Shown piece by piece: positions 48,320 to 57,779 of a stretch of DNA of 64,000 nucleotides (within the stretch, counting starts at the first letter, position 1; each line of letters starts with the position of its first letter). The DNA comes from Acidobacteriota bacterium (GTDB taxonomy: Bacteria; Acidobacteriota; UBA6911; RPQK01; JANQFM01). Under the pieces are notes generated by a model. It worked only from the letters and a program-made list of their open reading frames with translations, was not told where the DNA came from and made no database searches. The translations under genes were made by a program, and so were the position numbers. The DNA lies in contig JBFKLX010000001.1 in the NCBI GenBank assembly GCA_041630155.1, positions 747 to 64,746 on the forward strand. Direction: 5' to 3'.

Positions 48320-49690
48320 TCAAGCGCGCTGGAAAGGCCATTCCCCGGCTGCTCGGGCGCGCAGCATGTAAATCGCAATTCCACCGGCCAGCACGAGGAA
48401 CCCCAGTGAGACGATCTTCCAGCCCGTGGAGACCAACACCAGCGTCCACAGCGTCAAGGCGACGATCGAAGGGATGGGGTAGAGCCACATCTTGAAGGGG
48501 CGTTTCACCTCCGGGCGATAGCGCCGAATCAGGGTGACGCCCACGATCTGGCCGATGATCTGGATCACGATCTGAATCACGATCAGGGCTTCGATGATCG
48601 TGCTCAGCTCGACGAAGCAGAAGACCGTCGAAAAGAGTCCCAGCGTCACCAATGAGATGTGGGGAAAGCGTTTGGTGGGATGCAGCCGGGCGAACACCGG
48701 GAAGAAGCGGCCGTCCTTGGCCGCCGCGTAGGGGATCCGGGAGTAGCCCAGCAACAGTGCAAAAATGGAAGCGAACGAAGCGCCCAGGATGAGAATCGTG
48801 ATCACCTGGGCCGCCCAGGGGCCGTAGATGATCTCCATGAAATCCGACACCACGTGCTCGGTGTCGATGGCTTCCCGCCAGGGGACCACTCCGATGATTG
48901 CGGTGTTGAGGAAGATGTAGAGCAGGGCCACGATGATGATCGACATGATCACGGCGTAGGGAATGTTGCGGGTGGGGTTCTTGACCTCCCCGCCCAGGAA
49001 ACAGACGTTGTTGTAGCCTCCGTAGCCGTAAATACCGATCAATGCAGCGCCTCCCAGCCCCAGGAAGAAATCGCTCGAGAAAGAGAAGGCATCGGGCGGG
49101 ATGTCCAGCAACAGGTCGGTTCGCAGCCTGAAGAGCCCGGAGAAGATGACCCAGAGAATGCTGCCTACAGCGATCAGCATGAGGATGAACGAGAGGCGCC
49201 CGATCGTGCGGATCCCGCGGTAGAGGGCGAACGTCACGACCAGGCAGAGCGAGACGGCGATCAGCTGGGTCTGCAGCCGTGACAGGTCCGGCGCCAGGTA
49301 GCGCAGATACTGCGCGAATCCCACGCTGCCGGTGGCCACCGATAGGGGCGCGGTGAAGAAGATCATCCAGACGAACAGAAAGGACATCATCTGGCCCATC
49401 TTCTTACGGCCATAGGCTTCCCGGAGATAGATGTAGGAGCCGCCGGCGCCCGGGAAGGCCGCCCCCAGTTCGGCCCAGACCAGGCCGTCGCAGACCGCCA
49501 GAATCGCTCCCGCGAACCAGCCCAGCATGGCATGCGGGCCGCCCATTTTGGCGAGCAGGAAGGGAATCGTGATGAAGGGGCCGATGCCCAGCATCTCCAC
49601 GACGTTGGCCGCCGTGGCCTCCTTGAGCCCGAGTCCACGGATGAGACCGTGGCCATGATCCGCGGTGGTGTCGTTCTGGTGATCGCTCAT
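48320..49690 (-). CDS. APC-superfamily amino acid permease
   Basis: 456 aa with about 12 TM helices. The APC N-terminal pattern is GLKEATAANVVEMLGIGPFITIPF...GGSYIYLREAYG. Confidence 0.85.
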   Translation of the reverse strand: MSDHQNDTTADHGHGLIRGLGLKEATAANVVEMLGIGPFITIPFLLAKMGGPHAMLGWFAGAILAVCDGLVWAELGAAFPGAGGSYIYLREAYGRKKMGQMMSFLFVWMIFFTAPLSVATGSVGFAQYLRYLAPDLSRLQTQLIAVSLCLVVTFALYRGIRTIGRLSFILMLIAVGSILWVIFSGLFRLRTDLLLDIPPDAFSFSSDFFLGLGGAALIGIYGYGGYNNVCFLGGEVKNPTRNIPYAVIMSIIIVALLYIFLNTAIIGVVPWREAIDTEHVVSDFMEIIYGPWAAQVITILILGASFASIFALLLGYSRIPYAAAKDGRFFPVFARLHPTKRFPHISLVTLGLFSTVFCFVELSTIIEALIVIQIVIQIIGQIVGVTLIRRYRPEVKRPFKMWLYPIPSIVALTLWTLVLVSTGWKIVSLGFLVLAGGIAIYMLRARAAGEWPFQRA

Positions 49691-49845
49691 TGTTCAGCCT
49701 TTCACGAGAGCGAACGAGCCGCCCCGACTGGCCCGCATTTCTCAACTGGATGGAAGCTCACCTTCCCCGGCGCCACAGGGCGCAGGGGAAGGTGTGTTGG
49801 GAGGGCCACACGCTGAGCAACCCAACGCCCAGCGGGTGGCGGCCG

Positions 49846-52800
49846 TCAGAAAATCAGTTTCAACCCGAATTGAATGACCCGCGCCTCTTTTTCTGCGTCG
49901 AACACGCCGGTGGTCCGCCCGAACTGGCCGCTGGTCACGCTGCTGTTGGGATCGGAGAACTGAGGCGTGTTGAAGGCGTTGAAGAACTCCGCCCGGAATT
50001 GCAGCGACGATTCTTCGTTGAAGGGGAGCTTGAAGTTCTTGAAGATCGACAGGTCGACGTTGTGGTGCGACCAGCCGCTGAGGCTCGCCACCCCGCAGGT
50101 GCCGAAAGTGAACGGGTCAGCGGGGGCAAAGGCGCCGGTGTTGAAGAACTGCTCCACCGTCTCGGGTCCCTGTGGACTGCCGATGCAGTTGGCTCGTGAG
50201 TTCTGGCTGCGAGTACCGCTGCGGTCGGGACCGCTGATTCCCAGCGGCGCGCCGCTGGTGGAACTCCAGATGCCGTTGAATTGCCAGCCCCCCAGCGCGT
50301 TGGCAATCGGGCCGTCACTCAGGTAACGCTTGCCCGGACCGAAGGGGAGCTCCCAGACCCAGTGCAGGACCATGCGGTGGTTTTGATCGAACACCAGCCG
50401 GCCGTAGTCGGCATCCAGGTCGAAGGCATTCTGGGGGCGCACCAGGCTGGTCCCGCCACCCTGCGAGAGGTTGTCCTGGGTATTCCCGAGCGCCTTGGCC
50501 CAGGTGTAACTGAGATTGAAGGCCAGACCTTTGGCCAGAGAACGCCGCAACTGGACCTGCAAAGAGTTGTAATTGGCGTAGCCGTCGCTTCTCAGAAAGT
50601 CGCTGATCCGCGCCCAGTCGGGGAACGGGAACTCCACTACCCCATTGGCAGCATCCACGATCCGGCCCTGATTCAGGGGACGCAGCTTGCGGATGTCGTT
50701 GGTGTCCTGCCCCACGTAAGCCAGATCCAGGATGTAATTCTCACCCAGCCGCAGCTCGGTGCCGAAGCTGTACTGCTGCGAGTAAGGCGCCGTCTCGTTG
50801 AAGTCCCGGCCCCTCAGGTCGATGCTGAGGGGATCGAATGCCAGGGAAACGGGAGGGAAGGGATCGCGCAGCAGCAGCAGGGGAGCGCTCGAAAAATCTG
50901 TCTCGAGTCCTCGAAACTCCACCAGCTGCGGCGGGTTCAGCTGAATCGCCGCCGAGCTGCCGATCCGGTCGATGGCCTGATAGAAGACGGCATAGCCGCC
51001 CTTGAGGACCATGTCGTCCCGCACCCGGTACGAGGCGCCGACACGTGGCGCCCAGTTGTTCCGGTCGGGACGCACCAGGGTGCGGCTGAACAGCCCATCT
51101 CCCTGAGGACCTCTCTGGAAGCAGTCGAAATCGCAGGGCACGTCGATCAGCGGACCGGGGTTGGCCGTCACCAGCGCCCCCCGCCCCCCATTGGCGGTCG
51201 GGTCGAAATTGGAGGTCAGGTCGTTCCGCTCGATGGTGGGAGTGAAGTACTCGTATCGGATCCCGTAGTTGAGCGTGAAGTCGGGCGTCGCCTTCCAGGA
51301 GTCCTGCACGTAGAACATGTAGCCGTCGGTGTAGTTGTGGGGAACCAGCGCGGTCGTTGCCTCGACCCTCCTCACGGTGCCCAGCAGCAGATTGGCCGCC
51401 CCGTCGTTGACGTAATCGGTGTTGGGCAGGATGTAGCGGCCGTTGGGAGCCTTGATGTCCAGATAGTTGTTGATGGCCCGCTTGAACTCGAAGCCGAACT
51501 TGAGCGAGTGGTTCCCCTTCACCCAGGAGAGGTTGTCCAGCACCTGATACACCTGGGATACCTGGAACTGAGGCCTCCATTCCGAAGTTCCCAGCAAGGT
51601 GTAGCCGCCCACTCGGATGGGGGGCAACCCGAAGGCGAAGGCTCCCGGCAGGTTGTTGAGGCCAAACTCCGGCCCCGCGTTGCCCTGGGGGGCGACCGGG
51701 TCAGAGGTGGAATAGATCCGGTTGAAGCCAAAGCGGACGTTGTTCAGTACCGCCGGGCTGATGATGCGGTTCCAGGTGGCTGAGGCGAGCTGACCCCGAA
51801 CGTAGCTGTTGGCCGTGAAGCCGCCGGTGGCCAGAGGGTTGGGGAAGGGCCCCTGCTCGACGATCGTCTCCACCTGCAGAAAACTGTAGGAACCGTACAG
51901 AATATCGTTGTCGGTCAGATTGTGATCGACGCGGATGTCGAATGAGTTCTGCTCCAGCGGGATGTTCAGAGCCGAGAAGAACCCGAACTTGCCCGAGTTG
52001 GGGTCCGGATAAAGCTGAATCAGAGCCATCCCGGCCGGATCGAGGCAGGGCAAGCCGTCGGTCCGAATGGCGTTCATATTGATCACGTCGTTGACTTCAT
52101 CGACGCAAGGCACGATCTGTGGGTAGAAGGGGTTGCCCTGCGCGTCCCGCTGTATGACCAGGTCGCGGTCGCCCGTGAAGATCCCCTGCCTCATCTGGGC
52201 TGTGGGAACGGTCCCGGACGCGCCCCCCGCCTTGCGGGCTTCGGTACGCTGGTAGTCGCCGAAGATGAAGGTGCGGTCCTTGATGATCGGCCCCCCGATG
52301 CTGCCGCCGTATTGATGGCGCAGCTCGTCACCTTTTTCCACGCCCGCCTGATTGGCGAAGAAGTTGGTCGCGTTCAGGTTGTCGTTGCGATGGAAGTACC
52401 AGCCCGAGCCGTGGAACTGGTTGGTGCCGGACTTGAGCTCGGCATTGATGACCGCTCCCTGGCTCCAGCCGAATTCGGCGTCGTAGGTTCGGGTCTGGAT
52501 GCGGAACGACTGCAGTGCGTCGGGGACCGGCTGGACCGCCTGCGGACTTCGCTCCTGGGCATTGGTGGTGAAGGTGTTGTTGTCCACCCCGTTGAGGGCG
52601 AAATAGTTCTGCAAGGAGAAATTGCCGTCCACGTTCAGCCGCGCCTCCCGGGGGTTGGATCCGGTTCCCGGGGCCGGCACGACACCCGGGCTGAGCAGGA
52701 TCAAATCGGAGTAGCGGCGGCCGTCCAGGGGCAGGTCCACGATCACTTTCTCGTCGATCACGTTGCCTTGCTGACCCTTCTCGGTCTGGACCGCGGCAGC

Positions 52801-53184
52801 CGACTCGACCACGAGAACCTCGTCGGTGATTTCTCCCACCTGCAGGGTGAAGCTGACGTCGAGCCGGTCCTGAATCCGAAGGATCACCTGGCTGTTGACG
52901 GCCGGCCTGAACCCGGAAAGCTCGACGCGCACTTCGTACGGCCCCGGGCGGAGCGCGGTCGCGACATAGACGCCGACGTCATTGCTAACCAGGCGCGTGA
53001 CAGCGCCCAGCCGTTTTTGGGTAATCGTCACATCGGCTCCAGGGACCACCGCGCCCTGGGCATCGCGGATCGTGCCGGTGATCGTGCCGGTGTTGATTTG
53101 TCCCGTCGCGGAAGCGACGACACACAGGACGACGAGCGAAATTACCCAGACCATCCTGGCTCCTCTGAGGACGTGCCGAGACAT
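49846..53184 (-). CDS. TonB-dependent receptor with N-terminal carboxypeptidase-regulatory-like domain
   Basis: Signal peptide MSRHVLRGARMVWVISLVVLCVVASATGQ. ITGTIRDAQGAVVPGADVTITQ is the CarboxypepD_reg domain. The plug and a 22-strand barrel follow. The C-terminus ...RVIQFGLKLIF ends in an aromatic residue, typical of an outer-membrane protein. Confidence 0.8.
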   Translation of the reverse strand: MSRHVLRGARMVWVISLVVLCVVASATGQINTGTITGTIRDAQGAVVPGADVTITQKRLGAVTRLVSNDVGVYVATALRPGPYEVRVELSGFRPAVNSQVILRIQDRLDVSFTLQVGEITDEVLVVESAAAVQTEKGQQGNVIDEKVIVDLPLDGRRYSDLILLSPGVVPAPGTGSNPREARLNVDGNFSLQNYFALNGVDNNTFTTNAQERSPQAVQPVPDALQSFRIQTRTYDAEFGWSQGAVINAELKSGTNQFHGSGWYFHRNDNLNATNFFANQAGVEKGDELRHQYGGSIGGPIIKDRTFIFGDYQRTEARKAGGASGTVPTAQMRQGIFTGDRDLVIQRDAQGNPFYPQIVPCVDEVNDVINMNAIRTDGLPCLDPAGMALIQLYPDPNSGKFGFFSALNIPLEQNSFDIRVDHNLTDNDILYGSYSFLQVETIVEQGPFPNPLATGGFTANSYVRGQLASATWNRIISPAVLNNVRFGFNRIYSTSDPVAPQGNAGPEFGLNNLPGAFAFGLPPIRVGGYTLLGTSEWRPQFQVSQVYQVLDNLSWVKGNHSLKFGFEFKRAINNYLDIKAPNGRYILPNTDYVNDGAANLLLGTVRRVEATTALVPHNYTDGYMFYVQDSWKATPDFTLNYGIRYEYFTPTIERNDLTSNFDPTANGGRGALVTANPGPLIDVPCDFDCFQRGPQGDGLFSRTLVRPDRNNWAPRVGASYRVRDDMVLKGGYAVFYQAIDRIGSSAAIQLNPPQLVEFRGLETDFSSAPLLLLRDPFPPVSLAFDPLSIDLRGRDFNETAPYSQQYSFGTELRLGENYILDLAYVGQDTNDIRKLRPLNQGRIVDAANGVVEFPFPDWARISDFLRSDGYANYNSLQVQLRRSLAKGLAFNLSYTWAKALGNTQDNLSQGGGTSLVRPQNAFDLDADYGRLVFDQNHRMVLHWVWELPFGPGKRYLSDGPIANALGGWQFNGIWSSTSGAPLGISGPDRSGTRSQNSRANCIGSPQGPETVEQFFNTGAFAPADPFTFGTCGVASLSGWSHHNVDLSIFKNFKLPFNEESSLQFRAEFFNAFNTPQFSDPNSSVTSGQFGRTTGVFDAEKEARVIQFGLKLIF

Positions 53185-53274
53185 AGCTTTCTCCCTTGGC
53201 TCGGAATTCGGTTTTTCGATCCGGAACGGATACGGACTCTTCAATACCCCCCCACCGCGCTTCAGGTGCCGCTA

Positions 53275-53287
53275 AAGCGCTTAGCTG
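53275..53287. promoter_or_regulatory. candidate LacI-family operator (GCTAAAGCGCTTAGCTG) upstream of TonB-dependent receptor gene
   Basis: The near-palindrome GCTAAAGCGCTTAGC lies about 90 nt upstream of start 53184. Its 13-mer AAGCGCTTAGCTG is identical to the one at 41319-41331. Confidence 0.4.
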
Positions 53288-53400
53288 AAAGGCTTCAGAG
53301 AAGACTTACTCCCGCCCCGTCGGAAAGTCAAGTGCAAACTGAACAAGTCGCCTCTGCTGCAACCTCGGGGAGTCTCGACAGCGTCCCATCCGGCTTCCAG

Positions 53401-54435
53401 TCAGGGGGTGTTGGAAGGCCTTGCCCGCTCGGACCGCAGCAGATGTCCGCACGATTCCCGCAAACACATCGAGTTCTTGAGTCTGACCACTTCGAAGGGC
53501 TTCTCCGGTCGAGCGAGACGTTCCAGTAGAAGGCGGGCTGCCTGGTGTCCCAGCTGGTACTTGGGAAAGTCGATGGTGGTGAGTCGCGGGGAGAAGGAAT
53601 CCAGCCAGGCGTAATCGTCGCAGGTGACGATCGCGACGTCCTCGGGACATCTCAACTGGTACTGCCGGAGCGCCCGCATGAAGCCGACCGCCATCAGGTA
53701 GTTGGAGACGAAAATGGCCTCGGGACGCTGCTTGAGCAGATCCAGCCCGGCCAGGTAACCGGATTCGGCACGGTAATCTCCGGCTGCCACCAGGCTTCTT
53801 TGAAAGGGAACGCCCCAGTCTTTCAGAGCCTGCCGGTAACCGGAGAGACGGCGGCGCGAGGTGCTGACGCCCTTGACGCCCGTGATCAGGCAGATGCGCT
53901 CGTATCCCAGACGCAGCAAGTGGCTGACCCCCTCGTAGGCGGCGCCCCAGTCGTCGGCAAAGACGGCATCGCCTTTCAAGCCGTGGATCGACCGCATCAA
54001 CTGGACGATGGGCGGGTTGGATCGGCCCGGCTGGCCTCGAAACGCTTCGGGAAGCTTGCCCGGAGCCTTGGTCAGGAGGATGCCGTCGACCTGCTTGGCC
54101 AGCAGCAGCTCCAGGTACGAGCGTTCTTTCTTGGGATCGTTGTCACTGCTGACGACCAGCAGGTTGTAGCCGTGCTCCTGCGCCTTGTCTTCGGCGCCGC
54201 GGATCACGTCGGGAAAGAAGGGGTTGGAGATGTCGGGGACGACGACGGCCAGAGTGTGCGATTTCCGCTTGGCCAATCCCCGGGCCATCAGGTTGGGCTG
54301 GTAGCCGAGTCTTCGAATCGCGTCCTGCACCCGCCTGTGCAGTTTGGGGCTGACGTAGGCGCTCTCGTTGATGACTGCCGAGACCGTGGCAATCGAAACC
54401 CGAGCTTCCTTGGCAACGTCGTAGATATTCGCCAT
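53401..54435 (-). CDS. LacI-family transcriptional regulator
   Basis: The N-terminal HTH is MANIYDVAKEARVSIATVSAVIN. The periplasmic-binding-protein-like effector domain is LAVVVPDISNPFF... Confidence 0.9.
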   Translation of the reverse strand: MANIYDVAKEARVSIATVSAVINESAYVSPKLHRRVQDAIRRLGYQPNLMARGLAKRKSHTLAVVVPDISNPFFPDVIRGAEDKAQEHGYNLLVVSSDNDPKKERSYLELLLAKQVDGILLTKAPGKLPEAFRGQPGRSNPPIVQLMRSIHGLKGDAVFADDWGAAYEGVSHLLRLGYERICLITGVKGVSTSRRRLSGYRQALKDWGVPFQRSLVAAGDYRAESGYLAGLDLLKQRPEAIFVSNYLMAVGFMRALRQYQLRCPEDVAIVTCDDYAWLDSFSPRLTTIDFPKYQLGHQAARLLLERLARPEKPFEVVRLKNSMCLRESCGHLLRSERARPSNTP

Positions 54436-54632
54436 TGACCTGTCCGCAACCTTCGACGAGCGGTTCTCGGAAATGCCCCCGGCATGCTACCACAGCGCGG
54501 CGCGGAACCGGCACACCTCGAGGCGGGGGAGCGCGACGCGACGGTGACCGCCGGCCCCTCCTCGGTCGCTCCCCGAAACGACGTACGAATACCACTTGAC
54601 AGCTCGGGGCCCACCTCCGACACTGGAAGGTG

Positions 54633-54650
54633 GCTAAGCGCTTCGCTAGC
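54633..54650. promoter_or_regulatory. candidate LacI-family operator (GCTAAGCGCTTCGCTAGC) in the lacI/iolB divergent region
   Basis: It contains the palindromic core AAGCGCTT. Its reverse complement carries AAGCGCTTAGC, identical to the sites at 41319 and 53275. It lies about 100 nt upstream of iolB ATG 54747. Confidence 0.4.
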
Positions 54651-54746
54651 TTCCCGTCCGGAGGCTTGCCAACGGCTTTGGGGCGGGCAGCTTCGATCGG
54701 CCCATGTCGGGTCGCCCGGGTGTTTCACCAGGGCAGGAACAGAGCG

Positions 54747-55604
54747 ATGTCGGAAATACTGTTTCACTCCAGAGCCGCCGAGAGAGCGAGGCCCAGTGTT
54801 CTGGTGGAGGTGACGGCCCGTCAGGCAGGCTGGGAACTGATCGATTTTCGAGTGCGTCGTTTCCCCGAAGGGCAGCAATGGAGTGCTGAGACGGGCGAGC
54901 AAGAGGCCTGCCTGGTACTCCTCTCGGGAGAGTGCCGAATCCAGTGGCAGGGCGGATCCGAGTACGTCCTGGGTCCGCGGCGCGGCGTCTTCGAGGGCTA
55001 CCCGCATGCGGCCTATCTCCCCCGGCGGACCGCTTTTCGGCTGACCGCGCTGCAAGCGACCGAGCTGGCGGACGGGCGCGCCCCATCGGGTCGCGATCTG
55101 GCGCCGCGGCTGGTGAGGCCGCACGAGTGTGGCTTCGAGATTCGGGGCGGGGGCAACGCAACGCGCCAGATCGTGGACATCCTGCCCCCTTCTTTCCCGG
55201 CGGATCGGCTGCTGGTCTGTGAAGTCTTCACGCCGGCCGGGAACTGGTCCAGCTTTCCGCCCCACAAGCATGACGTCGACAATTTCCCTCACGAAGTCGA
55301 CCTCGAGGAGGTCTACTACTATCGCTTCTCGCAGCCCGAGGCTTTCGGCTATCAGCGGGTCTACCGCAGCGACGGCTCGCGAGACGAGATGTTGAGAGTG
55401 AAAGACGGCGATCTGGTATTGATTCCAGACGGGTATCACCCATTCGTGACCAGTTACGGCTTCGACGCCTACTACTTGAATTTCCTGGCGGGGAATCGAC
55501 GGTCGATGGCGGCCAGCGACGATCCGCAATTCGCGCGTTTCCGAGAGAGTTGGCCGCCGGCGGATCCGCGCTTGCCGATGCTGCGGCGGCCGGAAGCGCC
55601 GTGA
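54747..55604 (+). CDS. iolB: 5-deoxy-glucuronate isomerase
   Basis: GNWSSFPPHKHD, EVYYYRF, QRVYRSDGSRDE, PDGYHP and YYLNFLAG match the IolB cupin signature. Confidence 0.85.
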   Translation: MSEILFHSRAAERARPSVLVEVTARQAGWELIDFRVRRFPEGQQWSAETGEQEACLVLLSGECRIQWQGGSEYVLGPRRGVFEGYPHAAYLPRRTAFRLTALQATELADGRAPSGRDLAPRLVRPHECGFEIRGGGNATRQIVDILPPSFPADRLLVCEVFTPAGNWSSFPPHKHDVDNFPHEVDLEEVYYYRFSQPEAFGYQRVYRSDGSRDEMLRVKDGDLVLIPDGYHPFVTSYGFDAYYLNFLAGNRRSMAASDDPQFARFRESWPPADPRLPMLRRPEAP

Positions 55605-55675
55605 CATGCAGGACCGGTTGGAGCCGCTCGCGCCCGAGCCAGCCAGACCCCAGCCAAGGTTGCAGCGCTTGCCAT

Positions 55676-56683
55676 CTAGGAAACGGGTTGATCGAGGATG
55701 GTGGCGGCCTGGGCGGGAGACGCACCGCCGTGCACCAGCGAAGCGACGGCAGCGGCCATTGCTCCGGGGTCTTTGTCCCCTGGGTACAGGATGTTGCGGC
55801 CCACCAGCAGGCCGCGGACATTGGGTCCGGCGGCCAGACCGGAGGAGAAGTCGTGCAGCAGGCTTTCCACGTCGCCGCGGGACTCGCCCCCCAGCATGAG
55901 GATGGGGCAGGTGGTGGCTGCAACCACTGCCGAGTAGTCCTGGGTGTAGGGGATCTTCAGCCAGAGCAGGCGCGAGGAGTTGCCCAGAGCAGTGGCGATC
56001 CCGATCACGGTGATCATCTCGCGGGGGGTCTTCTGGACCTGATAGCGCCCATCGCTGCGCCGCACCGGCAGGGGTTCGAGAAAAGCGGGCAGTCCCAGGG
56101 CTTCGAGTTCCCTCAGCGCCAGGGCGCAATCCTGGATCGTGGACCCCGAGGCGGGGTCTTCCAGGTCCAGCCTGAACATCATCTTGGCCCCGTCCAGGCG
56201 CATCTTCTGCAGGGCGGCGGCCGTATACGCGCTGAACCGGTCACGCATCTCAAAGCTGGCGCCGGCGATTCCCCCCCGGTTCATGCATCCGATCAGCAGC
56301 TTTTGGTCCAGCAGCCCCTGGCCTCGATCACCCAGGAGATAACGCACGATCAAGAGCTCCTCCAGGATGTCCGGCGTGGACATCACGCCGTCGATGCCCG
56401 GCTGGGAGAGCACGCGCAGGATCCGGGCCAGATAATCGTGGCGGTTGCCCATGCCGACCGGGTCGTCACCCACTTTGGTCACGCCACGACCCGGGTGGTC
56501 CGCCGCCAGCACCACCAGTTTCCCGTCAACACTCAACTCCCCGCGGCGTTTCCGGCTCTTGGCCTTGCGTTGCACCAGGCCGGGATCGGTGATCCGAATC
56601 TGGGTGATCTCGGCGAACAGGGATGCGGGCAGCCAGTGTTCGGCGTCGAAACGGCTTTCATTCTTTCCCATTCGAGTCTCCAC
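55676..56683 (-). CDS. class I aldolase-like protein (DhnA/LacD/Cgl0159-type, inositol-catabolism associated)
   Basis: The TIM-barrel aldolase-like pattern is GKLVVLAADHPGRG...DGVM. It is embedded in the iol cluster. The family assignment is tentative. Confidence 0.5.
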   Translation of the reverse strand: METRMGKNESRFDAEHWLPASLFAEITQIRITDPGLVQRKAKSRKRRGELSVDGKLVVLAADHPGRGVTKVGDDPVGMGNRHDYLARILRVLSQPGIDGVMSTPDILEELLIVRYLLGDRGQGLLDQKLLIGCMNRGGIAGASFEMRDRFSAYTAAALQKMRLDGAKMMFRLDLEDPASGSTIQDCALALRELEALGLPAFLEPLPVRRSDGRYQVQKTPREMITVIGIATALGNSSRLLWLKIPYTQDYSAVVAATTCPILMLGGESRGDVESLLHDFSSGLAAGPNVRGLLVGRNILYPGDKDPGAMAAAVASLVHGGASPAQAATILDQPVS

Positions 56684-56787
56684 GGGCGCGGTTCACGCCT
56701 CGGCGCTGATTCTGCCAGCGGGGCCACGGGCTGGCAAGCCCGGCGGTGCTGCAGCGGGGCCGGTGTCCGGCCCCGGGGAGGACGTCC

Positions 56788-57711
56788 ATGACTCAGCAGC
56801 CGGCGGGAGCGCCCGTGGGAGCCGGGATTCGCCTGGCCTTGAACGCCGACACCACTCCGCTGTCCGTATCCGACACTCTGGTCTTCAAGTCGTTCGAGGA
56901 GCGCGCCCGCGAGGCTGCCGCAGCCGGCTTCGGGGCGGTCAACGTGGACAGCTCGGAGCCTGGCCTCACCCCGGAGGCCGTGAAACGGATCCTGGCCCGC
57001 TACCATCTGGAAGTTGCATCCGGGTTCTTCCAGGGAGCGTTCTACCTGCGGGATCAAGAAGAGTCGATCTACGCGGCTGCCCTGGGGCAGGCCGAGTTCT
57101 CCCAATCGATCGGACAGAAGGTTCTCTTCGTGAGTGCTCTGGTCTCTCCCCCGGAGCGGCACGCCCTGGCGGGCAGAGTGACACCGGGAGAGCCGACGTC
57201 GCTGGACCCGGAGCAGTTCGATCGCATGGCTCGCCTGCTGGAGCGGATCGCCAATTTGTGGGCGCGCCACGAGATCCGGATGTGCTTCCACCCCCATGCG
57301 GCCACTTATGTGGAGGCCCCACACGAAATCGATCGGCTGATGCAGTCGACCGCCCCAGACCTGGTCCTGCTGGGCCCGGACACGGGCCATCTGCTGCTGG
57401 GGGGAGGCGATCCGCTCGAGATCATCGAGCGCTACCTTCCCCGAGTGGGAGCGCTTCACATCAAAGATGTCGATCCGGTGGCGCTCGAGCGGGTGCAAAG
57501 AGAGCGGCTCGACTACCGCCAGTCCTGTGCCGCCGGCATCTGGACCGAGATCGGCAGCGGCTGTGTCGACTTCCCCGGGCTGTTTCGCCTGTTGGCGGAA
57601 CGTGGCTGGTCGGGTTGGGTCATCGTGGAGACGGATCACACCCGGCATTCCACCGCTCTGGAGAGCTCCTTGGCCTCGCGCCGGTATTTGAAAGAGGTGA
57701 TCGGTGTCTGA
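56788..57711 (+). CDS. iolE: inosose dehydratase / sugar-phosphate isomerase-epimerase TIM barrel
   Basis: Xylose-isomerase-like TIM motifs are present (IRMCFHPHA, GALHIKD, GWSGWVIVE). It lies adjacent to iolD. Confidence 0.75.
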   Translation: MTQQPAGAPVGAGIRLALNADTTPLSVSDTLVFKSFEERAREAAAAGFGAVNVDSSEPGLTPEAVKRILARYHLEVASGFFQGAFYLRDQEESIYAAALGQAEFSQSIGQKVLFVSALVSPPERHALAGRVTPGEPTSLDPEQFDRMARLLERIANLWARHEIRMCFHPHAATYVEAPHEIDRLMQSTAPDLVLLGPDTGHLLLGGGDPLEIIERYLPRVGALHIKDVDPVALERVQRERLDYRQSCAAGIWTEIGSGCVDFPGLFRLLAERGWSGWVIVETDHTRHSTALESSLASRRYLKEVIGV

Positions 57712-57779
57712 GGCGGCAGCTTGCGCATCCAGGCCCCTTGATGGATAAAGAGTCCAGCGCATCGAAAAGGAGAGTTTCG